Source: Cycas panzhihuaensis
Taxonomy: Eukaryota > Plantae > Cycadophyta
Length of the DNA stretch: 64,000 bases
NCBI GenBank assembly: GCA_023213395.1
Contig: CM041465.1
Coordinates: 147,443,741 to 147,507,740, forward strand
Direction of reading: 5' to 3'
Shown: positions 21,052-34,070 of the stretch, piece by piece
Numbering within the stretch: position 1 is the first letter of the stretch
Layout of the letters: every line of letters begins with the position of its first letter
The notes under the pieces: model-generated
Databases searched by the model: none
Told to the model about the DNA's origin: nothing
Seen by the model: only the letters and a program-made list of their open reading frames with translations
Made by a program: the position numbers and the translations under genes

Positions 21052-24000
21052 TAAAGGGCCTTGTTACCATTTGAAGCAATATGATATTACAGACAGCAGC
21101 TCTTGCACAATAAATCGAAGATGAGGCAAGCAAAATAAAGGACAATTGCTTTAAAAGGACAATTGAAGTCTAATAACAAGGCAACAATACTTATCTTCCA
21201 AAAGGCTGAAAAAATACTGATAAGTAGGATGAGGATAAATGCTGGAATAACTCTTACTAGTGCTACCCTCTTCGAGGCGAGGTTTCCTCCAAAAGTGCAG
21301 CCTTAAAGGCGATAGAGCAACAACCCTAAGGCTGAGATTATTGCAGTCCAAACTCAGTTATGAGATGCCTAGGAATGGGGTCAAATGACCCTATATATAG
21401 GCGATAAAATAGACATGAAAAACTCACCATCTTTAAGATGGAAGTTGGCCAAAAGGAATGTTAGAAGTTAGCCAGAATGGGAGTTACTCTTAATAGTATT
21501 AAGTCAGCCAGATTATAGGCTTTCAAGTCGGCCAAATTGGGGGTCAATTTGTTCACAACATGTCCTTTCCCTCGAAACCCTAATTTGCCCTCAAAGCATG
21601 GGTGAATTTGGGTGGCGTTGTATCCATTCTTTTGATTCCCATGTTGCATCATTTAAATCTAAAGTTTTCCACTTAGTGAGATGTTCTTTGACCTTTCTAG
21701 ACTGTAATTCTTTTGTTTGTATCTGTAAAAACCCCTATGGTTCAAAGATAATCTTCCCTTCTTCATCTAGCTTAGGGACTATTGTCTGAGGGGTTACCTT
21801 TTCCCCTACCTTCTTCTTAAGGCATGATACATGAAAGACATTATGGGTCCTGCTTCCTGGTGGTAATGCTAGTTGATAGGCCACTTCCCCAATTTTCCTG
21901 ATAACTTCATAAAGTTTGAAGAATCGAGGTGCCAATTTATGTTTGTTTGTTTGTTTCATTGATGATTGCTTGTAAGGTTGGAGTCTTAGAAAGACCCAGT
22001 CTCCTACTATGAAGCTTCTTTCAGATCTTTTGGTGTCAGCTTGTTGTTTCATTCTGTTCCTCATTATATTCAAGTTATCTTTTAAAATCCTCATTGTTTG
22101 CTTCACTTGTTCCTATTGTTCGCATGTTGCTTGTACTTGTGATATTTTTGTTCGCGTGAGTATAAGTGGCTCATACTCCTATAATGCCTAAAAAGGTGTC
22201 ATTTTTTGTTGTCGTATGGTAAGTGGTGTTGTACTGCCATTCAGCCAAATGAAGCCATCTATGCCATTGAGTTTGTTTATCAGAAGAAAAGTTCCTTAAG
22301 TATCCTTCTAGGCATTTGTTGATTGCCTTTGTCTGTCCATCTGATTGTGGGTGGTAGGCTATACTCATATTTAATTTTGTTCTTGCTACTTTGAACAAAT
22401 CTTGCCAAAAATGGCTTGTGAACTTTGGATCCCGATCACTAACTATAATTTTGGGAAGCCCATGTAGATGATATATCTCCTTCATGTATATCTTTGTTAT
22501 TTGACTTGCTTTTGCTATTGATTGTGTGCCCCTAAAATGTGCATATTTAATTAACCTATCTACTACTACAAAGATGGCGTCTTTCCCTTTAGATTATGGG
22601 AGTCTTGTGATAAAGTCCATTGAGATTTCTTCCCCTTTTTGATACGGAATGGGTAACGATTATAGCAGTCCCAGACTTTTTGTGCATTTGCTCTTGCTTA
22701 GTTGCCATGAATCGCATTCAAATACATACTTGAGGACATTTTCTTTCATTCCCTTCCAATAAAAGGAATTTTGTACCTTTCGATATGTTTTGTTTATTCC
22801 TATATGTCTTGTTGTTGGCACCAAGTGGACTTCTTCTAATATGACCACCTTTAATTTAGAAGCCGTTGGGATAAATATCTTCCCTTTCCTTAGAATTAAT
22901 TCTCCTTGTAATTCGAACTTGGAAGACTTCTGGTGCTTAATCTCTTCTAATATCTTCTGCGAAGGTGGATTGATCTTATATTCCTTGATTAATTCTTGAC
23001 CCCAGCTGGGTATGGCTACCGATATTGCTTTAGCGAAACTTCTTTGTTGTTGTCCTCAGGTAGTCTTGAGATAGCATTTGCAATGACATTCTCTTTACCC
23101 TTCTTATATACTATATTGAAATCAAAGGTTTGGAGCTTGCTAACCCATTTTTATTGGTCGTCAAACAGTGTCTTTTGATTCAAGAAATATTTGAGAGTGT
23201 CATGATCCATTCAAACTATAAACTTGTTCCCTAATAAGTACTGCCGCCATTAGTGTGTGGCATGCATGATCGCCAACATTTCTTTGTCATAAATAGGTTT
23301 TAGCTTCTCCCTATTATTTAATTTCCTGCTTTCATAGGCAATTGGTCATTCGTTTTGAATCAGGACTGCCCCTATTCCGAAGTGTCGCATTCTAAAATGA
23401 ACGGTTGTGAGAAATCAGGTGTTGCTAGAACTGGAGTTGTGACCATCATCTTCTTAAGTTCTTCAAAAGCACTTTCTGCTCATGGATTCCATACAAAAGC
23501 GTCCTTTTTTGTAAGGTCCATTAATGGGGGTGCTATGTGGGCATATCCTTTTATGAATTTTCGAAGAAATCCTACTGTTCCTAGGAAACTCCTTACTCCT
23601 GTCATATTTTTTAGTACTGGCCAATTTATGATAACTTGAATCTTCTTCGAATCTATTTTTATTCTTTCTTTTGTGATAATGTGGCCTAAATATTCCAGTT
23701 CTTTTTTCCCAGATGTGCATTTCTTCTGATTTACGTAGAATTGATTGATTTGTAGGATTCATAGTATTGCTTTGATATGGTCTAGATGCTCCTCCCATGT
23801 TTTACTATAGATCAAAATGTTGTCAAAAAACATTAGCACAAATTTTCACAAAAATGGTTTGAGGATTGAATTCATAGTCCTTTGAAAAGTTGTTGGGGCA
23901 TTCATTAGCCCAAATGGCATGACTTTGATCTTAAATAGTCGCTTGTGCGTACGAAAAGTTGTTTTGTATATATTTTTCTCTCTAATGCGAATCTGATAAT

Positions 24001-26309
24001 ATTCTGATCGTAGGTTGATTTTTGTAAAATACCATGCTTCGTGTATTTCGTCTAATAAATCGTCTATCCATGGAATAGGATAACGATTCTTTACTATTAA
24101 TTTGTTCAACCCTCGGTAATCAACACATCCGATATAATCCATCCCTTTTGGGATTGACTACAACCAGTGATGCAAATGGGATTGAACTAGTTGCGATATA
24201 TCCTTGACTTAATAATTCCCTTGTGATTTTTTCAATTTCTCTCTTCAAATGATAAGGATGTCTGTAGGGCCTGATATTTACTGGGGTCGCTCTAGGTACA
24301 AGCTCAATCGAATGCTGACAATCCCATTGCGATGGATCCCTTTGGGTTCTTCAAATACTACTTTGTGCTCATCTATGATCTTTTGCACCTCAGTTGGTAG
24401 GTCTTCTATTGCTATCTTGTAACATGTTAGTATGTATGTAGACGAATTCTTCTTCAATATCTTTTCCATGCGATGCAAGGATATCAATTATACTGGAGGT
24501 GTGGTCAATGCTTGTAATATGTATTTGTGCCCTTTCTGACAGAAGCACATGAATAAGGACATATAGTTGGTAACTATATTTCCCAAGGTCTGTAACCACT
24601 GAATTCCTAAGACTGCGTCTACTCCTCCTATAGGCATCACGAACATACATGTATTTACTGAATAGTCTCCTATTTGAAATTTAACCTTCTAACAGTAACC
24701 TCCATAAGGAGTAGTTTTCCTATTTGCGATGGATACTTGAAATGTATTTAAAGGTTGTATTTTTAATCCTAGATTTTGTGTTATGGCCTTGTTAATGAAG
24801 TTGTGAGTGTTGTTGCTATCCACAAGTACTGCAACTAGAGCTCCTTTGATCATCCCTTAGAATCTAAGGGTTTGAGGTGTAATGCTTTGTCTTGTTATGG
24901 CTTGTAGCGAAATTTGGGCATTCTCAGTATCAACTTCTAAAAGTTCATCTACTTGTGCTTCCTCTTCTTAGATCTGATTTACTTCTTCTTGTTCTTCGTC
25001 TGGTATTTCCACTTCGTCATTATTGATTATAAACACCTTCTTCATTGGGCATTAATGTTCTTTATTCCACTTCCCTTCACATTTGAAGTAGGTCCCCTTT
25101 TTGAGATGTTTGACTCTGCTTGTTTCATTTGTATCTTTTATTGCTACTAGTGGGTCTACTTTTGTGCCTGATTTGGCCCAATTTGGATTCGATCCCTGTT
25201 GCTGTTATGATTTAGTTTTGCGTGTATAGATGGGTATGTTCTCTCTAAATTTTGCTTCTACGTTCCTATCATATCGGATTGCCTCATGAATGTTTGAGGG
25301 TTTCATATTCTTAATGCGAATTTGATTGTCCCCTTTAATCTATTGATGTAAGTTTCTATGATGTATTCAGCTGGTATTCTTTTTGGTATTAAACATTGAA
25401 GCATCTGGAATTGCTCGATGTATTCTTAGGATGTTCTGTTTCGTTGTAATCTTGTTAATTGACTGAAGTAGTCGGTATTCCAAGAATCTTTGTACTATTT
25501 TATTAGTCATGCCTTTAGATAGTCCCATGATTCTGGGTGGCCCAGATTGTTCTTTCGCCACCAATAAAACCATTCTAACGCCCTTCCATACAAGTGTAGA
25601 GATGTTCTTATCTGATAGTTCATACACTTGGAAGTATGTTTCCATTTATAATAACCAACTCTGAATGTTCCTTGTTCTTTTTGGATCAAAATTTTCTAAT
25701 GTAAATTTGGTTCCTCTAAGACCATGATCTAATTGGGAACTCTTTTGATTCCATCATTCGTAGGTAAAACCCTTGAATTTCCTTAAATTCCTTTGTTGTT
25801 CATTCCCTTGGTTATCTTGATTTGGGAATTCTTGGTTGATTTCTTCCATGTCTTGGTGTTTCTCTACTACTGGCTCTCCCTCTTGTAGGTCCAATCTCCT
25901 GTTTAAAGTTTTGAACGAAGCCTAGAGGCTTTTCATGGAAATGATAAGCTTGGATGACAAATGGGATAATACTTCTTCAATCCTACTTCCTTCTTCTTTT
26001 GCTATTGTTGCTTGGTGGTTCACCATATTATTGGAGACAAGACTTTGTCTTGATTTTAATTCTATCCCTTGGGGGGAGAAAAAATTGGGCTAAATTTTTA
26101 TACATTATCTTCGAATTCCCGCTTTGAAATGAAGCTCTGATACCGCTTGAAGCGCCTTGTTACCACTTGAAGCAATCTGATATTATAGACAGTAACTCTT
26201 GCACAATAAATTAAAGATGAGGCAAGCAAAATAAAGGAGAATCGCTTCAAAAGGACAGTTGAAGTCTAATAACAAGGTAGCAATACTTATTTTCCAAAAG
26301 GCTGAAAAT
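21052..26309 (-). mobile_element. Chromoviral Ty3/Gypsy element B, decayed, 5' LTR truncated
   Basis: 3' LTR about 21052-21560; 5' LTR 26148-26309 (matches the first 160 bp); PBS complement GCTCTGATACC 26134-26144; PPT GGGAAAGGACA; gag, PR, RT (YPIPWIDDLLDE, MPFGLMNAPTTFQR), RH, INT (IVSDRDPKF, QSDGQT) and chromodomain (LTKWKTLDLNDATWE). Confidence 0.9.
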
Positions 26310-29300
26310 CCTGCCATTATATTTTTATTTTTTATAAAGTTTAAAAATTTTAGGTTATTAAAATTAGCATATTCAAAGAGTATTATATTTTTGATAAAGG
26401 TCTCTAACCTAAAGTTTGTCATTTTATTTTTTTTAATCATTTTTAAACCATTTTAGGCCTATTTTTTAATCAGTTTTAGGCAATTTTTTAGTTTTTTAAG
26501 GCATTTTTTTTGTTTTTACTGCTTAAAACATATAATTTTTAATTTTTAATCACAATAAATCTTTTAAAAAATTCAAAACATAGAAAAGATAAATACCTGA
26601 ATTAACCACCCTTATACCATCCTTGCAAAAGCAATGGTTAGGACCCTTAAAGCTACCACTTTGCACACACTAGTGGTCTTTTTCGAATTTTGCGAATTTT
26701 AAAAGAAGCCATTAACTATTAGGTGTATTTAGTGCCAGGCTGAGGTGTTATACCCCAAAACCTTGGAGTTTGGAGACCATGCTATACTCAAAGGGGGTGA
26801 GTGCCTTGGTTGTTAAGTGTGCCCTTAGACAAGGATCTATCGTTCAAGTTGTAAATCTGACGCAAGTGGGTCAACGATGTCGGGGGGGCAGTCGAGCCTT
26901 CTGTAGAACCCGCATACCTTCAGGTATATTGGGTCCCCAAGCTACCACTTGTGAGCAGGTACACCATCCGACAGAATTGTCTCAACTACCAAGGGCTATT
27001 AGGATTAGAGACGCTGAGACATAGATCCTAGTTGAGCATACATTTTCAAGTAGATAGGACACATATTTCAGACATCATGGCACTTATTATGGTTACAAGT
27101 AGTACAATTAAACATTTTGGCAGTGATAATTTCTTGGCTTAGAAGAAACACTTCAAGAACATATTGATAATAAACAAACTTTGGCCTTATGTTTCTAAAA
27201 AAATTCCTATGCCAGTTGCCACCTAATGATCCTCAGAATCTCATTCCTCATGATCATGAGGTTGTAGTTGACTTTCAAGAGTTTGATGAAGTTGCCCTTT
27301 CCTTTTTACACCTATTTTGTGAAGATAATGTCGACCAAAACATTGAACTAGCCCCTACCTCTGTTGATGCTTGAAATATCATTTGTGTGCTCCATGAGAG
27401 GAAGGACAATGCCAGGGCAATGATGCTCAAAGCCCAGCTTTACTCTATTTCATTTGCAGGATCTATAACAACTCATTTGTCCTAAATCAAAGTGATTAAG
27501 AATTAGTTGACAGTGATGGGTCAACCAATAGATGACAATGATCTTGTATCCTACATAGTTAATGTTTTGCCACTTGGAAATAATTCCCTCATATCCAATT
27601 TGTCACATATAAATTGACTTGCCACTATTGACTTCAACACATTTGAGGGTCTACTGCTGCAAGAAGAATGCATTCAAAACCAATCTGGGAATCTAGGTGC
27701 TTCCTCTTCTATACCAACATTTACAACCTATCATAGAGGAAGACAACAACATCCATAATTGTCCCATCAATTTAGTTCAATTAATTTGAACTAGCAACCT
27801 TATAATAGCCATATCAGCCACATTAGCCTTGACCACCATACAATCCTCAAGTTGTTTGTTACTATTGTGGCAAACTTGGACATGTAGCACCTGATTATAG
27901 AAAAAAGAGAGTTGACCTTTAACAACAATAGTCTTAGAACCACCTTGTCATGTGGGGTAATCAGAATCATGGACACATAAATTATCAAGGACCACAAAGG
28001 CAAAATCAATCTAATTATCAGGGACTAAGGATTCAAAATCAAAATGCTCCTCAAATGAACCAGCAAAATAAGAATCACGACCAAAGACAGAATCAAGGAG
28101 GCCACATGGTTGACTCTCAAAATTTTTTCTTTGCTACTTTATCAACTCAAGATTTTAACATATCTCAGTTGATAGATTCAGGTGCCTCTTAGCATATGAC
28201 TGATTCAAAAGAACTTCTCACTGATACAAGACCAATTTAAGATCAATCAATCATTTTTGGAGATGATGTTGTCTAGAGGTCACCAAGATTGGCAATGTTC
28301 CTATTTCGTTGAAAATTTGAGATACTCCACATCATCTCAACAATGTTCTCTATGTACCTAGCATGATACGTAACCTATTATCTATTAACTAGATAAATAA
28401 GCAAAACTTTGATGTTTTGTTTAGTCATCTTGAAAAATGCCTGATTATAGATCTAAATGGCAACCTAATTGCCTCAAGATATGAAGATCAGGGACTATAC
28501 AAGCTTGATGCAGTAACTAGACCTTTGATCCATTCATATGAGTTTGGTTCTTGTAGCAATTTAGTTTCCACTTCTAATCCTTCTACTTCAACTTCAGATT
28601 CAGATGAGCAATTTGCTTCAAAAGCATTTGTTTCTCCTAGACTCCCAAAAGACCAGTTATCGCATCAACACCTAGATCACTTGAACATGAACAACCTTCA
28701 TTTGCTTTATAAACTGAATATGGTACATGGTATATTGAATATAAAGCAAATTAAATGTATTTGTGAGGCCTATGTTATGGGCAAATATCATCAAGCTTTA
28801 TTTAGGTTAGATGGAAGAGTCAAGTGTGTCAAGGAACCTTTAGGCCTAGTACATTCAGATATCTGTGGGCCCATGTCACAAACATCCTTTGGAGGCTGCC
28901 ATTATTTGATTACATTCACTGATGATTGTTCTAGAAAAGTATGGGTCTATTTTCTGATGCAGAAATCAGAAGCCTTTAATAAGTTTAAAGAATCTAAGCA
29001 TGGCATTGAACTTGAATCTAGAAAGTCACTCAAAATCCTTCGTTGTGATAACGGAGGTGAATATACATCAAATGAATTCACCAAATTCTATAAGGATAAT
29101 GGCATCAAACAACAATTTTCTGCCCCATATACACCTCAGTAAAATGAAGTTGTCGAGAAAATGAATTGGACCTTAGTCAGCAAAGGCAAAGCCATGCTTG
29201 CCACAAAAAAATTGGGACTTCAATTTTGGGATGAAGCCCTTCATACAACCACTTATCTCACAAACATAATTCCAACCAAGGCAGTGTTGAGCTTAACTCC

Positions 29301-31782
29301 TGAGGAGGCTTGGTTAGGTCAAAAGCCCACAGTCTCACAATTGCGCACTTTTAGTTGTACAACATACATGCTCATACCAAAAGTACAAAGGAAAAAGCTA
29401 GATGATAAAAGCAGGAAATGCGTCTTTATTGGTTATCAACCTAGCTATAAAGCATACAAATTATATGATCCTGCCACCAAGCAAATGTATACATCTCAGG
29501 ATGTTATTTTTTAGAAGAGAACACAGATTTGGATATCACACAAATCTTATTCTTTGACGATCAATCTGAAAATGCACATGTTGCTCCTCCTACTCCACAA
29601 AATGTTCCTACAGAACAAATGCCTCCTGCATTAACATACACTCTTGGCACATCATCTATACCACCTGCCTCTATATCTACATCTACTCCAATCAATCTTT
29701 CAAAAGACATCCAAGATGAGGCTACTTTAAAGCGGCTGCCCAAATGGTATATGGAGACAATCTCTTCTACTTCTTCACCACCTAAACAAGCTAAGAGGTA
29801 GTCAAAATATAGGTCATCCACCAACTTCGCCTTAATGGCAGAAGTGTTGTCAACCTCTAAACCAACTACTTTTGAAAGAAGCTATTGTAGATCAAAAGTG
29901 GCAAGCAATTATGACTAAAGAGATGGATTCCATCCTACAAAATGATACTTGGGAGCTAGTTGAGTTACCTAAAGGTAAGAAACCTATTTATTGTAGATGG
30001 ATTTATAAAACAAAATTTCATGCAGATGGGTCCATTAAGCGACATAAGGCACATTTGGTTGCCAAAGGTTTCAAACAGGTTGAAGGTGTTGACTATGACA
30101 CATTTGCACCAATAGCCAGCATGACCACTATCAAGCTTGTTTTGGCACTTGGAGCTCAATTCAATTGGCTTGTTTATCAGACAAATGTAAAAGGCACCTT
30201 CTCGAATGGCAATTTGCAGGAGGAGATGTATATAAATCAGCCTCCCAACTTTCTTGTTTGAGGAAAGGAACACTTAGTTTGTAAACTAAAAAAGGCCTTG
30301 TATGGCCTTAAGCAATCACCTCGTGCATGGTATGTGAAAATTGATGAATATTTTCAAAAGCATGGACTCATTCACTTATTTTCAGATTCAAATTTATATA
30401 TCAGAATTCATAATGGTTTGATCACTTTGGTTGTACTTTACATTAATGACTTGTTGATAATTGGTAATGACACAGAGTGGATTATACATCTCCAAGGAGA
30501 ACTAAATAATAACTTTGAAATGACTATCCTCAGGTTGCTTCACTACTTTCTTGGCATGGAAGTCTAGTAGGAGCCAGGGCATATCTTCCTCTCACAGTCG
30601 AAATATGGAAAATAGATTCTTTCAGAATTCAGGATGGAAGAATGCAGATCGTCGCCAACTCCTATGGAGACAGGTCTGAATTTGAACATTGATGAGCATG
30701 GAAACCCTGTGGATCCTACTTTGTATAGACAACTTGTGGGGAAATTAATTTACCTCACTCATACTCAACCTAACATTGCATATACCATTAGGATTTGCTC
30801 AAGGTTCATGACACAAACCAAGACGTCACATTGGAAAGTAGCAATGAGGATCCTGAGATAACTTTGGGGTATTCTTCAACTTGGACTTGATTACTGTCAT
30901 GTGGATAATCCTTTATTGATAGGTTATACAGATGCAGATTGGGTTGAATGTAAAGATAGTCGTAGATCAACCTTAGGGTACTATTTGGACTTGGGTTTTG
31001 CTTCAGTTTCATGGTGTTGCAAAAAGTAGCGTAATGTTACTCTTATCTTCAACTAAATTTGAGTATAAAGCCATTGTTAGTGTAGTTGTTGAGGCTATCT
31101 AGCTTAGAAGGATCCTTGAAAAGCTTGGAATCACTCAAACACAAGCTACACTACTATTTTTTGACAATCAGAGTGTGCTTAAATTGACCAAGAATCTTGT
31201 GGTCGATGCTAGGATAAAACAGATTGAGGTTCACGATCACTTCATCAGGAAGCATGTACAAGATGGTGAAACAGATTTGATTAACAAGCCTACCGATGAT
31301 CAGATAACAGATATCTTCACAAAGGCACTCTCTCGCAATAAATTTGAAAGGTTCCAGCTTGGCCTCAATGTCAAAATTAATGAACTCATCATTAAGGAAG
31401 GCTGATAGAAGTATTAATAATTGAATTCATTAATTCATTGATGATTAATTGTATCACACTTGTAATATATTGTAAATGATTTACATGAGGATCTTATTGT
31501 CATAAATTAGTTAAGTCACAACTTATGTTGTGAACTTAGGCGTGTGTGGGTATTTTTGCTCTCAATGTTAAAATATTGTTAATGTGGTTTAATCATGCAA
31601 GGTGCCAACTGTCACCTTGCATGATCTTACTCTTATTATTCTATATGTTCATTGTAATTGCCTCTTTTGTTGCATATGCGAGGCTTTTGTATGTAATGTA
31701 CATCTTGTATTGTATCTACGTGAAATTAATGCAATTGTGATATATTTTAGAGCTTGTGACCAATTCCTCTCTCGTTATATCG
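26310..31782 (+). mobile_element. Ty1/Copia element D lacking a 5' LTR; decayed gag-pol 27077-31405; 3' LTR about 31403-31782
   Basis: Gag start MALIMVTSSTIKHFGSDNFLA*KK; PR LIDSGAS; INT LVHSDICGP, LRCDNGGEY; RT YGLKQSPRAWY, LYINDLL; RH ITDIFTKAL; PPT AAGGAAGGC then TGATA...TATCG. Confidence 0.9.
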
Positions 31783-31849
31783 AATGTTTATTGAATGCTT
31801 TATTGGAAGTATTATGCATGAGAGTGAGTTTTGAACTTTAGTCTAAACC

Positions 31850-32990
31850 AGGCTTGATCCTCACTCTTTCAATTTTAAAGAACTTCTTGAATGCTTACCT
31901 CAATTTTGGGGTGAAAGTGGAAAAGCAGAAGAACACAAAGGAATGTATTAAGCTTTTTGAAAATAATGAAACTGATTGGTTGTATATGTTTCCCTTTTCT
32001 TTGAATGGTCAAGCTTTAGCTTATTATGAGATACAAAAAACGCAGTTTTGTAACTGGGAAAGAATGGCAAGGACATTTTCAATCTGATTCCAAAAACAAA
32101 ACAATAGGCTACCTGTATTTACAATCAATCCTAAACAACACATTCGGAATTGTGTAAAGATTTGAGAACAAGATCAAAGTCCGAAGTGGGAATGGGTACA
32201 TCAATTACCCATATCCCTGACAAGTACCAGTTTGATCTAGTATTCAGCTGGGGAAAGGCAAAATGAGGGAAATAGGAAATAGGAGACAGTAGCAAGGAAC
32301 TTTGTACAAACGTTTTCCTTCTACAGTCCATGCAAGTCGACTCATAAAATTTTACTAGCCTTCAAAGAAAATTTGAAAATCCTATAAAGGACTATTGCCA
32401 AATAGAAAAGATAAAAAGAACAGGAATTGGAACTCAATCCGTTAAGGGAAGAGGGGGGTGAGGTACAATTGAAGGCTTTCCCCCCATCCTATTCCAAATT
32501 GGAATATGGACAACAGGAATTCAATCAAGCCCCAACCTATGAATTACAGCCTGATGGGAAGGCAGTACAAGGGAAGGATCTCCAATTAAAAAAAATTAAT
32601 ATTGGAATTGAGGCAGAACATAAATTGGTCACCATAGGTAACTATTAGGACCAGGAGACAATTTAGCAAGAAACAACTCTTGTTATGGAGTATAAAGATG
32701 TTTTTGCATGGTCCTATAAGGACTTGAAGGGGATTTCCTTGAAACTTTGAGAACATAAAATTGAGTTGTTGGAAAATGCAAAGCCAGTTAGACAGAGACC
32801 ATATAGAATGAACCTAAAATACAAAGAGTAAGTCAAGAATGAGTTAGATAAGTTATTGGCGGCAGGATATATATTTGAAGTAGAGAACAATGAATGGGTT
32901 AGCCCAGTAGTGGTGGTGCCTAAGAAGAATGGGAAGTTAAGAGTCTGTGTGGACTACAGAGCTTTGAATAAAGCCATCAAAAGAGATAAC
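31850..32990 (+). pseudogene. Fragment of a second, diverged Athila-like Pol: two capsid-NTD-like domains followed by the RT N-terminus
   Basis: DWLYMFPFSLNGQALAYY...NWERMARTFSI*F; NPKQHIRNCVKI*EQ...WVHQLPISL...K*ETVARNFVQTF; then LKKINIG, YKDVFAWSYKDLKG and WVSPVVVVPKKNGKLRVCVDYR, homologous to 10700-11130. Confidence 0.85.
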
Positions 32991-33364
32991 ATTCTTCATC
33001 TGCAACACAATCTATATCATGATACCATTCTTCATCTGCAACACAATCTTATTAGGGTATATGGGACAAACAACTCCCATTTTATACCATGATCAAGGTA
33101 GAACTGATTTTAAGGCAATCTCGTCATACACCTTTCGATTATCACTTCGATTTCATTACAAACACACAAGTGAATCTACAGCAGACTTGTTTATATATGC
33201 ACAAATGTTGATCCAACATTCGACAGGCTATAAACCTCATGTTACCATTAGTTCAACCACCCAAAGTATAATGGTCCACCATGAATTGATAACCACTTAT
33301 ACAAACAAGCCAATAAATTGCAATTCTGTACACTTCTCCACACACAACTAATGTAAAAACACTA

Positions 33365-33469
<105 letters not shown>

Positions 33470-34070
33470 ACCTAAGCACACTTGAGACGTGGGTCTTTAA
33501 ACTTGATAACTAGTTATCCAACTAAAGGTGATTATATTTTAGGTAGAATGAGTTGTATGAATACCACTTGTGATTGGTACCATTTCCTTAATGAAGGAGA
33601 GATCATTTTATTCATGGATGTTGGATTCTTGTGCCCTAAGGAGGCCAACTACTTAGGGTTATACCCATGTCCAAAAATGAGACCTAGACACCATTCCTAT
33701 ATTTGGTGTGTGGGAGCACCACCATAAAGATGGGCATTACAGAGGGTGGATGTGCAAGGCATAGTTCTAGCCAAGGGCTGAGAGCAATGCATATGAGAAT
33801 GCCTTAAGGTGGCCCTATGTCACATAGTGAGTTCTTATTAGAGATCTCCCTATGAATTTACCTTCCACATATTGAGTCTAAATAACTCTATGAAAGCTTT
33901 ATTGATCATAATTTTGAAATATGGATGGATTTTGTAGGGTTTTGAGGCTAGTTAGATGATGGAACAACTCTTGGGATGTAAGATGATCTAACTCAAATAG
34001 AATTTGTAGTAGAAAAGGAGGGTTTACCACACACAATCATTAGTTCAGGTGATGGGATCAAAGTTGCTAT

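Noticed and set aside
22230-22245. Trp-to-Gln (TGG to CAG) changes here and at about 58783, suggesting editing or stop rescue
   Set aside because: Only two cases in heavily mutated pseudogenes; compatible with chance double hits.
33470-34070. Possible minus-strand LINE ORF2 C-terminal remnant flanking element C (also 40018-40080)
   Set aside because: Only vague resemblance; no diagnostic motif could be read.
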